From a virus, in IMG/VR virus record IMGVR_UViG_3300009508_000004: a stretch of DNA of 62,535 bases, one strand, 5' to 3'. A program made the position numbers and the translations under genes. The stretch's first letter is position 1. The number at the start of each line of letters is the position of its first letter. Below the pieces are notes generated by a model. That model worked only from the letters and a program-made list of their open reading frames with translations. It did not search any database and had not been told where the DNA came from. This document shows, one piece after another, positions 53,089 through 61,311 of the stretch.

Positions 53089-53243
53089 TAGCAATTACAC
53101 TTTCCTGTGCAACCGCAGCTTGCTGCATTAGTAAAGTTAGCACGCTTTTTACCAGCTGCATCTAATGTAACTTCTTGATTTGCAGGTGCTTTACCGTAAT
53201 CAGTAACTGCACGCTTTGTAATAGGCTGTAAGTGATTCTTCAT
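53088..53243 (-). CDS. Small protein with Cys-rich C-terminus (51 aa)
   Basis: Below the track cutoff: MKNHLQPITKRAVTDYGKAPANQEVTLDAAGKKRANFTNAASCGCTGKCNC. ATGA and TAATG coupling on its two sides. Confidence 0.45.
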   Translation of the reverse strand: MKNHLQPITKRAVTDYGKAPANQEVTLDAAGKKRANFTNAASCGCTGKCNC

Positions 53244-53680
53244 CGTTCTTTGTCTTTAATCATGTCGTCTATAGCTTTATTATAGACTTTATCAGTATAA
53301 CTCTTGTTCTTGTAAAATTTGCTTGATCTACCGATTGGCAAATCTTCTTCCCCAAGCATAACTCGATACATTCGTGTAATCAAGCGCTTCGCTTTGGGTG
53401 ACGTTGTGAAAACACTGTATTTGATTGTAGTCCTATTACGATGACGCCATACGTCAATCCAGCCATCATTTCGAAGTCTTTCCCAGCGGTTTTTATCCCA
53501 TGCATAGGTGTAAGTTCCTTCTATAAAATCATTACGCGTAAATCGCTCTTTGCAATCTAGATATATCAGTAGCTCTAGGTCAGCATCTAATATATCGTAA
53601 GTCTTACAAGCCCACTTCCTAACGAGCCTGTAATACTTAAACAAATTCATTTCGCGTAAATCCGCGGGTGTTAGTCTCAT
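53240..53680 (-). CDS. Hypothetical protein (146 aa)
   Basis: Track ORF, W/R/K-rich. Confidence 0.55.
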   Translation of the reverse strand: MRLTPADLREMNLFKYYRLVRKWACKTYDILDADLELLIYLDCKERFTRNDFIEGTYTYAWDKNRWERLRNDGWIDVWRHRNRTTIKYSVFTTSPKAKRLITRMYRVMLGEEDLPIGRSSKFYKNKSYTDKVYNKAIDDMIKDKER

Positions 53681-53934
53681 TCTACAATAACGACATCACC
53701 TACGGTAATAACATGGAACAACTCATCATTCCATTCGATACCATGACCAGCGTGTTTATCGTATCTAATAGTGTTTCCATTTTCAACACCAATCACTAAT
53801 GGTCCACAGCTAACGACTTCAGCCTTTAGATACCTAACGTCGCTGTTTTGCTTTTCAGTTAATTCAAGGCCGGCAACTGTTTTAGCTGCCTCCTTGATTT
53901 TCTTAATTATAATATAATTATTTACCGCTTTCAT
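53677..53934 (-). CDS. groS: GroES/Cpn10-like co-chaperonin (85 aa)
   Basis: NNYIIIKKI......AGLELTEK......YLKAEVVSCGP......GNTIRYDKHAGHGIE.....FHVITVGDVVIVE follows the Cpn10 pattern. Overlaps the 3' end of the chaperonin gene. Confidence 0.65.
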   Translation of the reverse strand: MKAVNNYIIIKKIKEAAKTVAGLELTEKQNSDVRYLKAEVVSCGPLVIGVENGNTIRYDKHAGHGIEWNDELFHVITVGDVVIVE

Positions 53935-55486
53935 CCATTCTCATATTAGAGATTACACAATCTGCAGAAATAATCGTTGTTGCTACACTGACTGCATTCT
54001 TCAGTGCGGTTTTAGTTACAAGTACTGGATCAATGATACCAGCCTTAACCATATTTACTTTTTTACCGCTTGTTGCATCAATACCAAAACCTTTGCGTGT
54101 AATTTCTTCGTCCAACACAATATTTGCGTTTTCAAGAATGGTAAAAAATGGAGCGCGCAGAGCTCTAAGAAGAGCAGCATATCCAACATTTTTGCTCTTA
54201 ATTTTTTGTGATGCGTGTAATAGTGCCGCACCCCCGCCAGCGACGATACCTTCTTTTAATGCGGCTTGCGTTGCATAGATGGCATCTTCTACGCGGTCTT
54301 TCTTTTCTTTGAGCTCGACCTGTGAGTCAGCTCCTACATAAATCAGTCCAACCTTACCGGTTAACATTGATAAACGCTCTTCGAGCTTACCCCTAAAGTA
54401 AGGGTTTGTTTCAGAACCGATTCTTTCACGTACATTTTCAATACGCTCGAGAAGCTGCTCATGGTCGGTCTCTACCTGCATCACAGTGTTCTTTGAAGAG
54501 GTAACGGATTTTACCGCTTCTCCTAACACTTCGGGATTGATCAGATCCAAATCATCGCCAAGCTCTTCATTAATGACTGTAGCCCCAGTTAATATTGCTA
54601 AGTCTTCTATTGCTTCCTGCTTAGTTGGCCCAAACCCAGGTAAGTCCACTATGTTTACCTTGATATTGCCTTTTACCTTGTTAGCTAATAACGTTTGGTA
54701 AGGTTGTTGCTCAACGTCAGCGACGATCAGCAGGCTTCTATTCTTCTTTACAACGTGTTCTAAGACACTTTGTATCTTTCTTATATTAGGTATAGGCGAA
54801 GACACAATAAGGATCATAGGGTTGTCTAAAACAGCTATGCCCTTGTCTTTGTCTGTTATAAGATGTGGTGATTTTAATCCTGAATCGAATTGAGTACCTT
54901 CTACAAACTCCACATACGTTTCGTTCGTATCAGATTCTTCCATCAATACGACTCCATCTTTGCCAACTTTTCCGAAAGCTTCACCAATGAAGCCCCCAAG
55001 CTCTTCGTCGTTGTTTGTGCTAATGTATGCAACTTGCTTAAGCATTTCACCATCAACCGGAATACTGGTAGTATCAAGATATTCCAAGACCTCCTTAGCA
55101 CAGTCTTCAACGCCTCTTTTAATTTCTCTAATTTTGTCATCACTTATAAATTCACTCAATTCAACTAATAATGAGTGAGCAAGGACGGTCGAGGTTGTCG
55201 TACCGTCACCTGCTTCACGCACTGTATTTCGGGCAGCTTCTTTAACTAGTGTTGCACCGATGTTTTCGACCGGATCCATCAAGACTACGCTTTCTGCTAC
55301 GGTTACACCATCTTTAGTGATGACCGGTCGGCCAAGAGCGTCTTCGTAAATTACGCATTTGCCGGAAGCGCCTAATGTGGACTTCACTGCGTTAGCTAAC
55401 TTTTCGACGCCAGCCATAATTTTTCCGTTGGCAGCACTGCCAAACGTGAGATCCTTTACAATCTCGCTAGGGTTATTAAATTCCAT
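53918..55486 (-). CDS. groL: GroEL/Cpn60-family chaperonin (522 aa)
   Basis: [11 protein letters not shown]...[23 protein letters not shown] (ATP site), [30 protein letters not shown]. Lacks the GGM tail. Confidence 0.95.
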   Translation of the reverse strand: MEFNNPSEIVKDLTFGSAANGKIMAGVEKLANAVKSTLGASGKCVIYEDALGRPVITKDGVTVAESVVLMDPVENIGATLVKEAARNTVREAGDGTTTSTVLAHSLLVELSEFISDDKIREIKRGVEDCAKEVLEYLDTTSIPVDGEMLKQVAYISTNNDEELGGFIGEAFGKVGKDGVVLMEESDTNETYVEFVEGTQFDSGLKSPHLITDKDKGIAVLDNPMILIVSSPIPNIRKIQSVLEHVVKKNRSLLIVADVEQQPYQTLLANKVKGNIKVNIVDLPGFGPTKQEAIEDLAILTGATVINEELGDDLDLINPEVLGEAVKSVTSSKNTVMQVETDHEQLLERIENVRERIGSETNPYFRGKLEERLSMLTGKVGLIYVGADSQVELKEKKDRVEDAIYATQAALKEGIVAGGGAALLHASQKIKSKNVGYAALLRALRAPFFTILENANIVLDEEITRKGFGIDATSGKKVNMVKAGIIDPVLVTKTALKNAVSVATTIISADCVISNMRMDESGK

Positions 55487-55510
55487 TATATTAAATTAAA
55501 GTGTTTTGGT

Positions 55511-55795
55511 TTATTCGAATGTTTTAACGACCTTAGGTCCTTGTGCGAATTCGAGACGCGATTTGTAGTGCGCTATCGATGTATCAATAGCTTGCTCAGC
55601 ACCCTCTAATGTTTCCCTGCGAGTTACGTCTTTCCAGGAATCTTCTAACAACAACTCTGTTTGATAGTAGCCGTTAGGTAGTTGTACAATTCTCCAGTTC
55701 TTTTTTGCTGAAGCATGTTCCCAGAAAGCTTTGGCTTTTTCGGATACTTGTTGGTCGCCACTTGTTGCAGTGGTCGTACGGTAATAAAATGTCAT
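55511..55795 (-). CDS. Hypothetical protein (94 aa)
   Basis: Track ORF. Confidence 0.5.
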   Translation of the reverse strand: MTFYYRTTTATSGDQQVSEKAKAFWEHASAKKNWRIVQLPNGYYQTELLLEDSWKDVTRRETLEGAEQAIDTSIAHYKSRLEFAQGPKVVKTFE

Positions 55796-55832
55796 TTGGT
55801 TTTTATTTTAGGTTATTACTTACCTGGTATAA

Positions 55833-56240
55833 TTACTTGCGCATCAGCTTAGTTAAGTCTTTTGTCTTATCGCTAGACCCCATTGAAGATCCAAACCAAT
55901 ACCCATATACATCACCTAAGGTACGCAAGAAAAACCCACTAAACGTAGTTATTAATCCTTTTTGCACTTCTGTTAATGTTTCCCAATCCAGGATATCTGT
56001 AAATATAGCCACCGCTAAGCCAATAGCAATAACTAATGTTACATAAGTTAGCACATCAGGCGTTACTTTACTCTTACCTAGCTCACGTGCTTCTTTACGA
56101 TCTAAAATCTCTTGCTGATATGCTTCTTTAATAAAAGCTTTCTTTTCAGCGGGTGTATCAATAAATCTGTCCGCAACCTCAGCTGCCTTGTCTAGTAACG
56201 GTGCTGCGCTACCACCTAGTAATTTTAATAGTTTACTCAT
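55833..56240 (-). CDS. Membrane protein (135 aa), possible holin-like (3TM GTA-holin-like)
   Basis: TM segment LTYVTLVIAIGLAVAIF plus hydrophobic ITTFSGFFLRTLGDVYGYWFG. The family assignment is uncertain. Confidence 0.35.
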   Translation of the reverse strand: MSKLLKLLGGSAAPLLDKAAEVADRFIDTPAEKKAFIKEAYQQEILDRKEARELGKSKVTPDVLTYVTLVIAIGLAVAIFTDILDWETLTEVQKGLITTFSGFFLRTLGDVYGYWFGSSMGSSDKTKDLTKLMRK

Positions 56241-56291
56241 AATGTATTTACTATTACTATCGTTAGCGTTATTATTATCAAATGTCTACTC

Positions 56292-56546
56292 TTATACAGT
56301 CATTTCAGCCTCTTCTTCGTTAGCTTTATACTCACCTGTCTCCAAGTTTACAGAAATGCTTCCGTAAGTTTCTTCAAGCTTCTTTTGCTCTGATTGCAAA
56401 GCTTCTTCAAGTACTACAACTTGAGAAAGTACTTTAGACTTTTCAAATTCTAAGTCGCCTAAAGCACCTTTAGCACGATTAAAGTTAGACACTGCGAGAC
56501 GTACTGCCTCTAGTTCTTCTTGGGTAATTTTGTTAGCCTCAGCCAT
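56292..56546 (-). CDS. Small coiled-coil protein (84 aa), paralog of 50213..50479
   Basis: See 50213..50479. KLEETYGSISVNLETGEY. Confidence 0.6.
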   Translation of the reverse strand: MAEANKITQEELEAVRLAVSNFNRAKGALGDLEFEKSKVLSQVVVLEEALQSEQKKLEETYGSISVNLETGEYKANEEEAEMTV

Positions 56547-56576
56547 AATTAAATAGTTTTATTGAATTCAATAATG

Positions 56577-56609
56577 CAAATATAATACCAAAACAGAATA
56601 ATCTGTCAA
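56577..56609 (-). promoter_or_regulatory. Candidate host-type promoter upstream of 56292..56546
   Basis: Minus strand: TTGACA-16 nt-TATTAT, overlapping TATATTTG (matches the Bacteroidetes -7 TAnnTTTG). Confidence 0.35.
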
Positions 56610-56615
56610 GTTGTC

Positions 56616-56975
56616 TTATGCATCAACAGCTCCGTCAAAAGCTTCTAGTGTTTTAAGGTAATCGTAAGATTGTGCAAGTACGTTGTCAGCAGACTCCCAG
56701 TCTGGAGTGAAGCTGTACTCTGATTGAGAAATTGCTTCTTTATGTCCAGTACGTGCAGCAGCATCTACGTAAGTCTTTACAGTAAAGTGTGCTGTACGGT
56801 TAGTTACCCATTCTGTTTCATGAACAGGAACACCTGGATTTCCATCCTCATCTGGTTCTGGAAGGGTCATGTTAGTTTGTTCGTACTCAGATACGTGGTA
56901 ACGTAGGTCTGAGATGTTGTGGTAAGCATCTGCAAATGTGCTACCAAATTTTTCAAATGATTGAGTTAAAGCCAT
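56616..56975 (-). CDS. Hypothetical protein (119 aa)
   Basis: Track ORF. Confidence 0.55.
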   Translation of the reverse strand: MALTQSFEKFGSTFADAYHNISDLRYHVSEYEQTNMTLPEPDEDGNPGVPVHETEWVTNRTAHFTVKTYVDAAARTGHKEAISQSEYSFTPDWESADNVLAQSYDYLKTLEAFDGAVDA

Positions 56976-57019
56976 TTTGTTTTTGTTTTATGTTTGTAAA
57001 AATAGTTAAAATACTTGTA

Positions 57020-57925
57020 TTAAAGAACCACAAGTGATTGCCCATTCGCACTTAAGAATGCGTAGTTGTTGCTGTTATCACTTTGGTCTGCAGAAGGAAC
57101 CGAAGAAGATGTGTCTCCAAATATTAAGTCCCCATCTACACCAGCTGATGACGCTGAAATAGGAGTGCCAGAGTTATATATCTTTGCAATATCTGTAGCG
57201 TTTAACGCTGCATCCCACATGTGCATATACATATAATCAGCAATACGACTACCACCTGTATTGTGGTCATTACCACAGAACGTTAGTTCGTCTAAGCCCA
57301 TATTGTATCTAGCACCGTTATTTGATACCGCTGAATTTGTAAGCTCAACACCGTTCCAGTATATCTTAAATGCATTAGATGCAACAGACTCTGAACCATT
57401 GTAAGTAAGAACTAAGTGAACGAAATTATTGCTATTTGTACTACCTCTGTTTGAACTTGTCCAGGTGTTTGTACTGTTCGTTCCAGTACCCGTAGCAGAG
57501 TTATTTGAATGCAACGCCCACTGAGCATTAAAGTTAGTTGCACTACTCCTGTACATCGCATTAAATCTATTTAAGCCGTAGTCGTACTGCAGAAAGAATC
57601 TGTTTGCTGTTGATGTAGTTCCAGAGGGAGTTAAATCAAATATAATTAAGTTTAAATCTGATGCTGCCCATTGAGGTCTTATCCATAGAGAGGCTGAAAA
57701 GTTCTCAGTCGTAGATTGTAGTGGCAGGTCAGTCGCTGCATGCCATTTAATGTCATCACTTAAATCCCAGTAATATTGAGCTGCGCTGTATCCATAGAAT
57801 TCTGACATACTATGTGGAACTGTTTTGCCTGCTCCCGCAGATAAAGTAGCCAGGGAGTTACTTGAACTCCCTAGCTCTGTTTTAATATCAGAGATACTTA
57901 TTGCTCCGCTACTTTGTAATGGCAT
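57020..57925 (-). CDS. LamG/concanavalin-A-like lectin domain protein (301 aa), fibre-associated
   Basis: FSASLWIRPQW...FFLQYDYG...HLVLTYNGSE...FKIYWNGVEL is the typical Laminin_G_3 strand pattern. Confidence 0.55.
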   Translation of the reverse strand: MPLQSSGAISISDIKTELGSSSNSLATLSAGAGKTVPHSMSEFYGYSAAQYYWDLSDDIKWHAATDLPLQSTTENFSASLWIRPQWAASDLNLIIFDLTPSGTTSTANRFFLQYDYGLNRFNAMYRSSATNFNAQWALHSNNSATGTGTNSTNTWTSSNRGSTNSNNFVHLVLTYNGSESVASNAFKIYWNGVELTNSAVSNNGARYNMGLDELTFCGNDHNTGGSRIADYMYMHMWDAALNATDIAKIYNSGTPISASSAGVDGDLIFGDTSSSVPSADQSDNSNNYAFLSANGQSLVVL

Positions 57926-60900
57926 CTATCTGAGCTTTAAGTTCATCAATTTGTTTTTGCTGCTCTTTAAGAGCTTCAATTAAGACGGCTGTAATGTTAC
58001 CATACGCAACAGACAGCATTCCGTTCTCTTGCTCTTTAACAACCTCTGGAAGCACTTCACGAATCTCTTGTGCAATAACACCCAAGGATTTTTCTTCACT
58101 TCCTATCTTGTTGTATTCAACGCCTCGTAGACTCATTACCTTATCAAGAGCGCTATCAATAGTAGCAACATTCTCTTTGATACGAGAGTCAGAGTAAGCT
58201 GTGATATCTCCAGTAGCTGTAAAGTTACCAGCAAGAGCATTACCGTTACTAGATAAATTGCTAAGACCTACTTCTGTTGGTGTATGGTTGTGCGCGTCAG
58301 GTGCAAAGGTTGAAGGTTTGCTACTAACGTTACTCCACTCTACTGCACCCGCAGAAGACGCGTAGTTTACAGACTGACTTCCAATGTTGCCAGAAGTAAT
58401 AACTTCTACCCAAGATAACGGCGTTGGCCAAGCTGCTCTTAAATAAAATCTATTTGTGTCTGCTCCAGACACCATTTGAAACCCATAAAAATTGGTAGAA
58501 TCCTGATGTCCGTAATGTATTGATTGCAATCCAACCCAGTGTGAAGTGGTGGTGTTTGGTTGCTCAGCAGGAGAACTCCAAGAATCAATAAATCCTGAAC
58601 CCCAGTTTGAACCAATAGCATTTAAACCAACCGTTCCATACCCCATACTTCCAGTGCGGTAGTTTACACTTGCATTGTATCTAGGCTCGTATGGTGAGTT
58701 TGCAGACATTGGATTCATGCCATTGAATCCCATAGTCCTATCACTAAGCTTTAGCAGGTTAGATGTCCCGTTTGGGTCTAGATAATATCCAGTATCCGCA
58801 GAGTCATAGAATATTGGAGCACGCATTGAACTTGCAGATTCCATGTATACATTAGAATATATTCTACTATCTTCTACTTGCATTCTCATGTTTCCAGCAT
58901 ACATTAAACTAAGAACATGCGCTGTATAACTGCCCATAAATACCGAGCCTGGGGTATGCACATACATACCTGCTTCAATACCTGGAGTACGAGCGTGTAG
59001 TACAAACTTTACGTGAGGTTCGTTACTAAATCTTACTTGAGTACCCCATGACCCTGGGTCTGACCAATCATCTCCACTATCTCCCACGTAAAGGTTTCTT
59101 AAACGAGAACCTCCTGCTGGGTTTAAGTAGTAGTTAGTGTTATCAGAATCGTAGAATATTGGCGCGCGCATTGACCCGTTGGCAAACAAGTTGTTGTTTA
59201 CAACAACGTCAGTTTGGCTTGCCGTACCAACATATCCACCAATTGTCATCAACAATGCCTCTTCACCATCTCCATTTCCGTCGTTGTTTGCATCTGTCGT
59301 TGGTGAGTTGTTGTAAAAACGAATACCCGAATAGTTTGCTCCTATGCGGACACCAGTATGATATCCGATAATTAAATCTCTATAATGCGGATGATCCCAT
59401 CCACCATTACCAACGTCAAGACCCATAGAGTAATGGTTGGGGGCAAAACTATGTCCTCCACCACTTCCAGATGGGAAGTTTCCTTTAAGGTCAGTAAAAG
59501 CTATCTGTGACGTGTTGTTAGAGTTTCCAGCACTAGTTGCATAACTTACAGACTGGCTACCTATGTTTCCTGCGTGTATTACGTTATTTCCTCCCTGCTG
59601 AAGAGTTCCGCTTGTTACGTTAACCGTACTTCCACTAATCCTTAAATTAGTACCTGTTGACTCTAGATTTAGAGTTCCGTAAGCTCCGCTTTGTCTATTG
59701 TAAGCTATAATGTAAGCCTGTCCAGCAGACACCCCTATTTCAGCAGCAAGTCCAGTTTGAGCGTTACCAGTATACCATCCAGCAAAGCGGCCCATACCAC
59801 TAGTAGATACGTCTCCACTAAAGTCTCTTTGTGATGTAGTAGCTGAGTTTCCAGAATTATTAGCGTAAGAAACAGACTGAGAACCAATGTTACCGGTGTT
59901 AATAGCAGTAGAAGCGTTTTGTTTGGCATCAAGAAGTGTAGATAACCAAGCACCAGCCCAAGACATATAAATATTACCATCTTCGGCAACAGTTGCTCCT
60001 CTTGTATTACTAAATACAAAATCAATTTGGGAACTACTTGTAGACAAGGAAAGTACACCCTCAGCAAACACGCCTCCTCTATCCCAAGCAGCTCCAAGTC
60101 TTACTTCACCAGAATATAGCTCAGGGTTGCGTGTTGATATATTACCACTCCCAGGGTCAGCTACCAATACTCTACCTCTAACATCATTGCTTCCGTAGGC
60201 TATTATAGGACTATATCCACCTACAGTATCTGCATTTCCTGCGGATGCTGCATAGTTTACTGATTGACTTCCGATGTTACCAGTGTTGATTGCTGTACCA
60301 GACTGCTGGTATCTACCATCAAATTGTGATTGCTTCTTTGTACGAAGACCATCAATACGAGATGAGTTTATAGTAGTTAATGGAGCTGGAGCGTAGACTA
60401 TGTAAGCTGGAGTTGCACTATCGTAAAACTTAAAGTTAGTATCATATGCAATATCTGGAAATCCATCCTGGTGATACCCACGAATGTTTTGGTCAGAGTA
60501 AATGTGATAAACAGCCCCACCGCCTCTTAAGAAGAAAGTGTATCCCATAGAGTGAGTAGTTCTGTACATATCAGCACAGATTGTAGTGTAAGATTCTTGA
60601 AATACTCTAAGTCTATCAGAGTATTCAGCTCCTCCCCAGCCACCAAAGTTTCCTTCCCAATCTATAAGAAGACCACCGTGGTGCACACCAGTTCCAATGG
60701 GGTCCCAAGGCGCTTGTTCACTATAGCCTCGCTTGATAATAATTCTACGCCAAATATCCTGGTCACCCCAAATAAAGTGAACAGGGTAGTATGTGTCTGG
60801 GTCTCCTTCTACAAAAATATCACAAGAATATGGAAGACCCGTAACACCTAAGGTTGTCTTAAGTCTGTTCATCTCTGTAGCAGAGACAGACACACCGCTT

Positions 60901-61310
60901 ACTTGGCTAGCAGATGCTACAGATTGGCTACCGATGTTACCTGTGTGGATAACAGCATTACCATTATTGAAAATAGTATTACCAACGTAAAGATTATTTT
61001 CTACTCTAACGTGAGCATCACCCTCACCTACAGAAAACAACTTTACACCGCCGTTGTTAATAGCATCGCCATAAAAGCGAATGCCTCCGTATGTCTGACT
61101 AGCTCCAATTTTAATACCAGTGTGCCAGTCTAAGGTCAACTTGGTGTAATTGCCGCCAAAGTTCTCCATATGTGTATAGATGGAGTAATCATTCTGGGCA
61201 TTTGAGCCTAGGTAAAGTCTTCCGTTTGAGGCGGTAGTATAAGCATTTGTTACACCATTGTTTAATGCAAGAAGACTTCCATTTACAGTGGTACTTAAAA
61301 GATTTGCCAT
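57909..61310 (-). CDS. Tail fibre protein with C-terminal S74 intramolecular chaperone/autoprotease domain (1133 aa)
   Basis: Five GNIGSQSV-x-YA-x-S-x-GN repeats. C-terminus YSDSRIKENVATIDSALDKVMSLRGVEYNK...GVIAQEI...P..V plus a coiled coil. Confidence 0.85.
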   Translation of the reverse strand: MANLLSTTVNGSLLALNNGVTNAYTTASNGRLYLGSNAQNDYSIYTHMENFGGNYTKLTLDWHTGIKIGASQTYGGIRFYGDAINNGGVKLFSVGEGDAHVRVENNLYVGNTIFNNGNAVIHTGNIGSQSVASASQVSGVSVSATEMNRLKTTLGVTGLPYSCDIFVEGDPDTYYPVHFIWGDQDIWRRIIIKRGYSEQAPWDPIGTGVHHGGLLIDWEGNFGGWGGAEYSDRLRVFQESYTTICADMYRTTHSMGYTFFLRGGGAVYHIYSDQNIRGYHQDGFPDIAYDTNFKFYDSATPAYIVYAPAPLTTINSSRIDGLRTKKQSQFDGRYQQSGTAINTGNIGSQSVNYAASAGNADTVGGYSPIIAYGSNDVRGRVLVADPGSGNISTRNPELYSGEVRLGAAWDRGGVFAEGVLSLSTSSSQIDFVFSNTRGATVAEDGNIYMSWAGAWLSTLLDAKQNASTAINTGNIGSQSVSYANNSGNSATTSQRDFSGDVSTSGMGRFAGWYTGNAQTGLAAEIGVSAGQAYIIAYNRQSGAYGTLNLESTGTNLRISGSTVNVTSGTLQQGGNNVIHAGNIGSQSVSYATSAGNSNNTSQIAFTDLKGNFPSGSGGGHSFAPNHYSMGLDVGNGGWDHPHYRDLIIGYHTGVRIGANYSGIRFYNNSPTTDANNDGNGDGEEALLMTIGGYVGTASQTDVVVNNNLFANGSMRAPIFYDSDNTNYYLNPAGGSRLRNLYVGDSGDDWSDPGSWGTQVRFSNEPHVKFVLHARTPGIEAGMYVHTPGSVFMGSYTAHVLSLMYAGNMRMQVEDSRIYSNVYMESASSMRAPIFYDSADTGYYLDPNGTSNLLKLSDRTMGFNGMNPMSANSPYEPRYNASVNYRTGSMGYGTVGLNAIGSNWGSGFIDSWSSPAEQPNTTTSHWVGLQSIHYGHQDSTNFYGFQMVSGADTNRFYLRAAWPTPLSWVEVITSGNIGSQSVNYASSAGAVEWSNVSSKPSTFAPDAHNHTPTEVGLSNLSSNGNALAGNFTATGDITAYSDSRIKENVATIDSALDKVMSLRGVEYNKIGSEEKSLGVIAQEIREVLPEVVKEQENGMLSVAYGNITAVLIEALKEQQKQIDELKAQIDAITK

Positions 61311-61311
61311 A

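Noticed and set aside
60944-60952. Perfect DnaA box (TGTGGATAA = TTATCCACA reverse complement)
   Set aside because: It is a single 9-mer inside the fibre coding sequence. About 0.5 occurrences are expected by chance in 62 kb on two strands, and there is no clustering.
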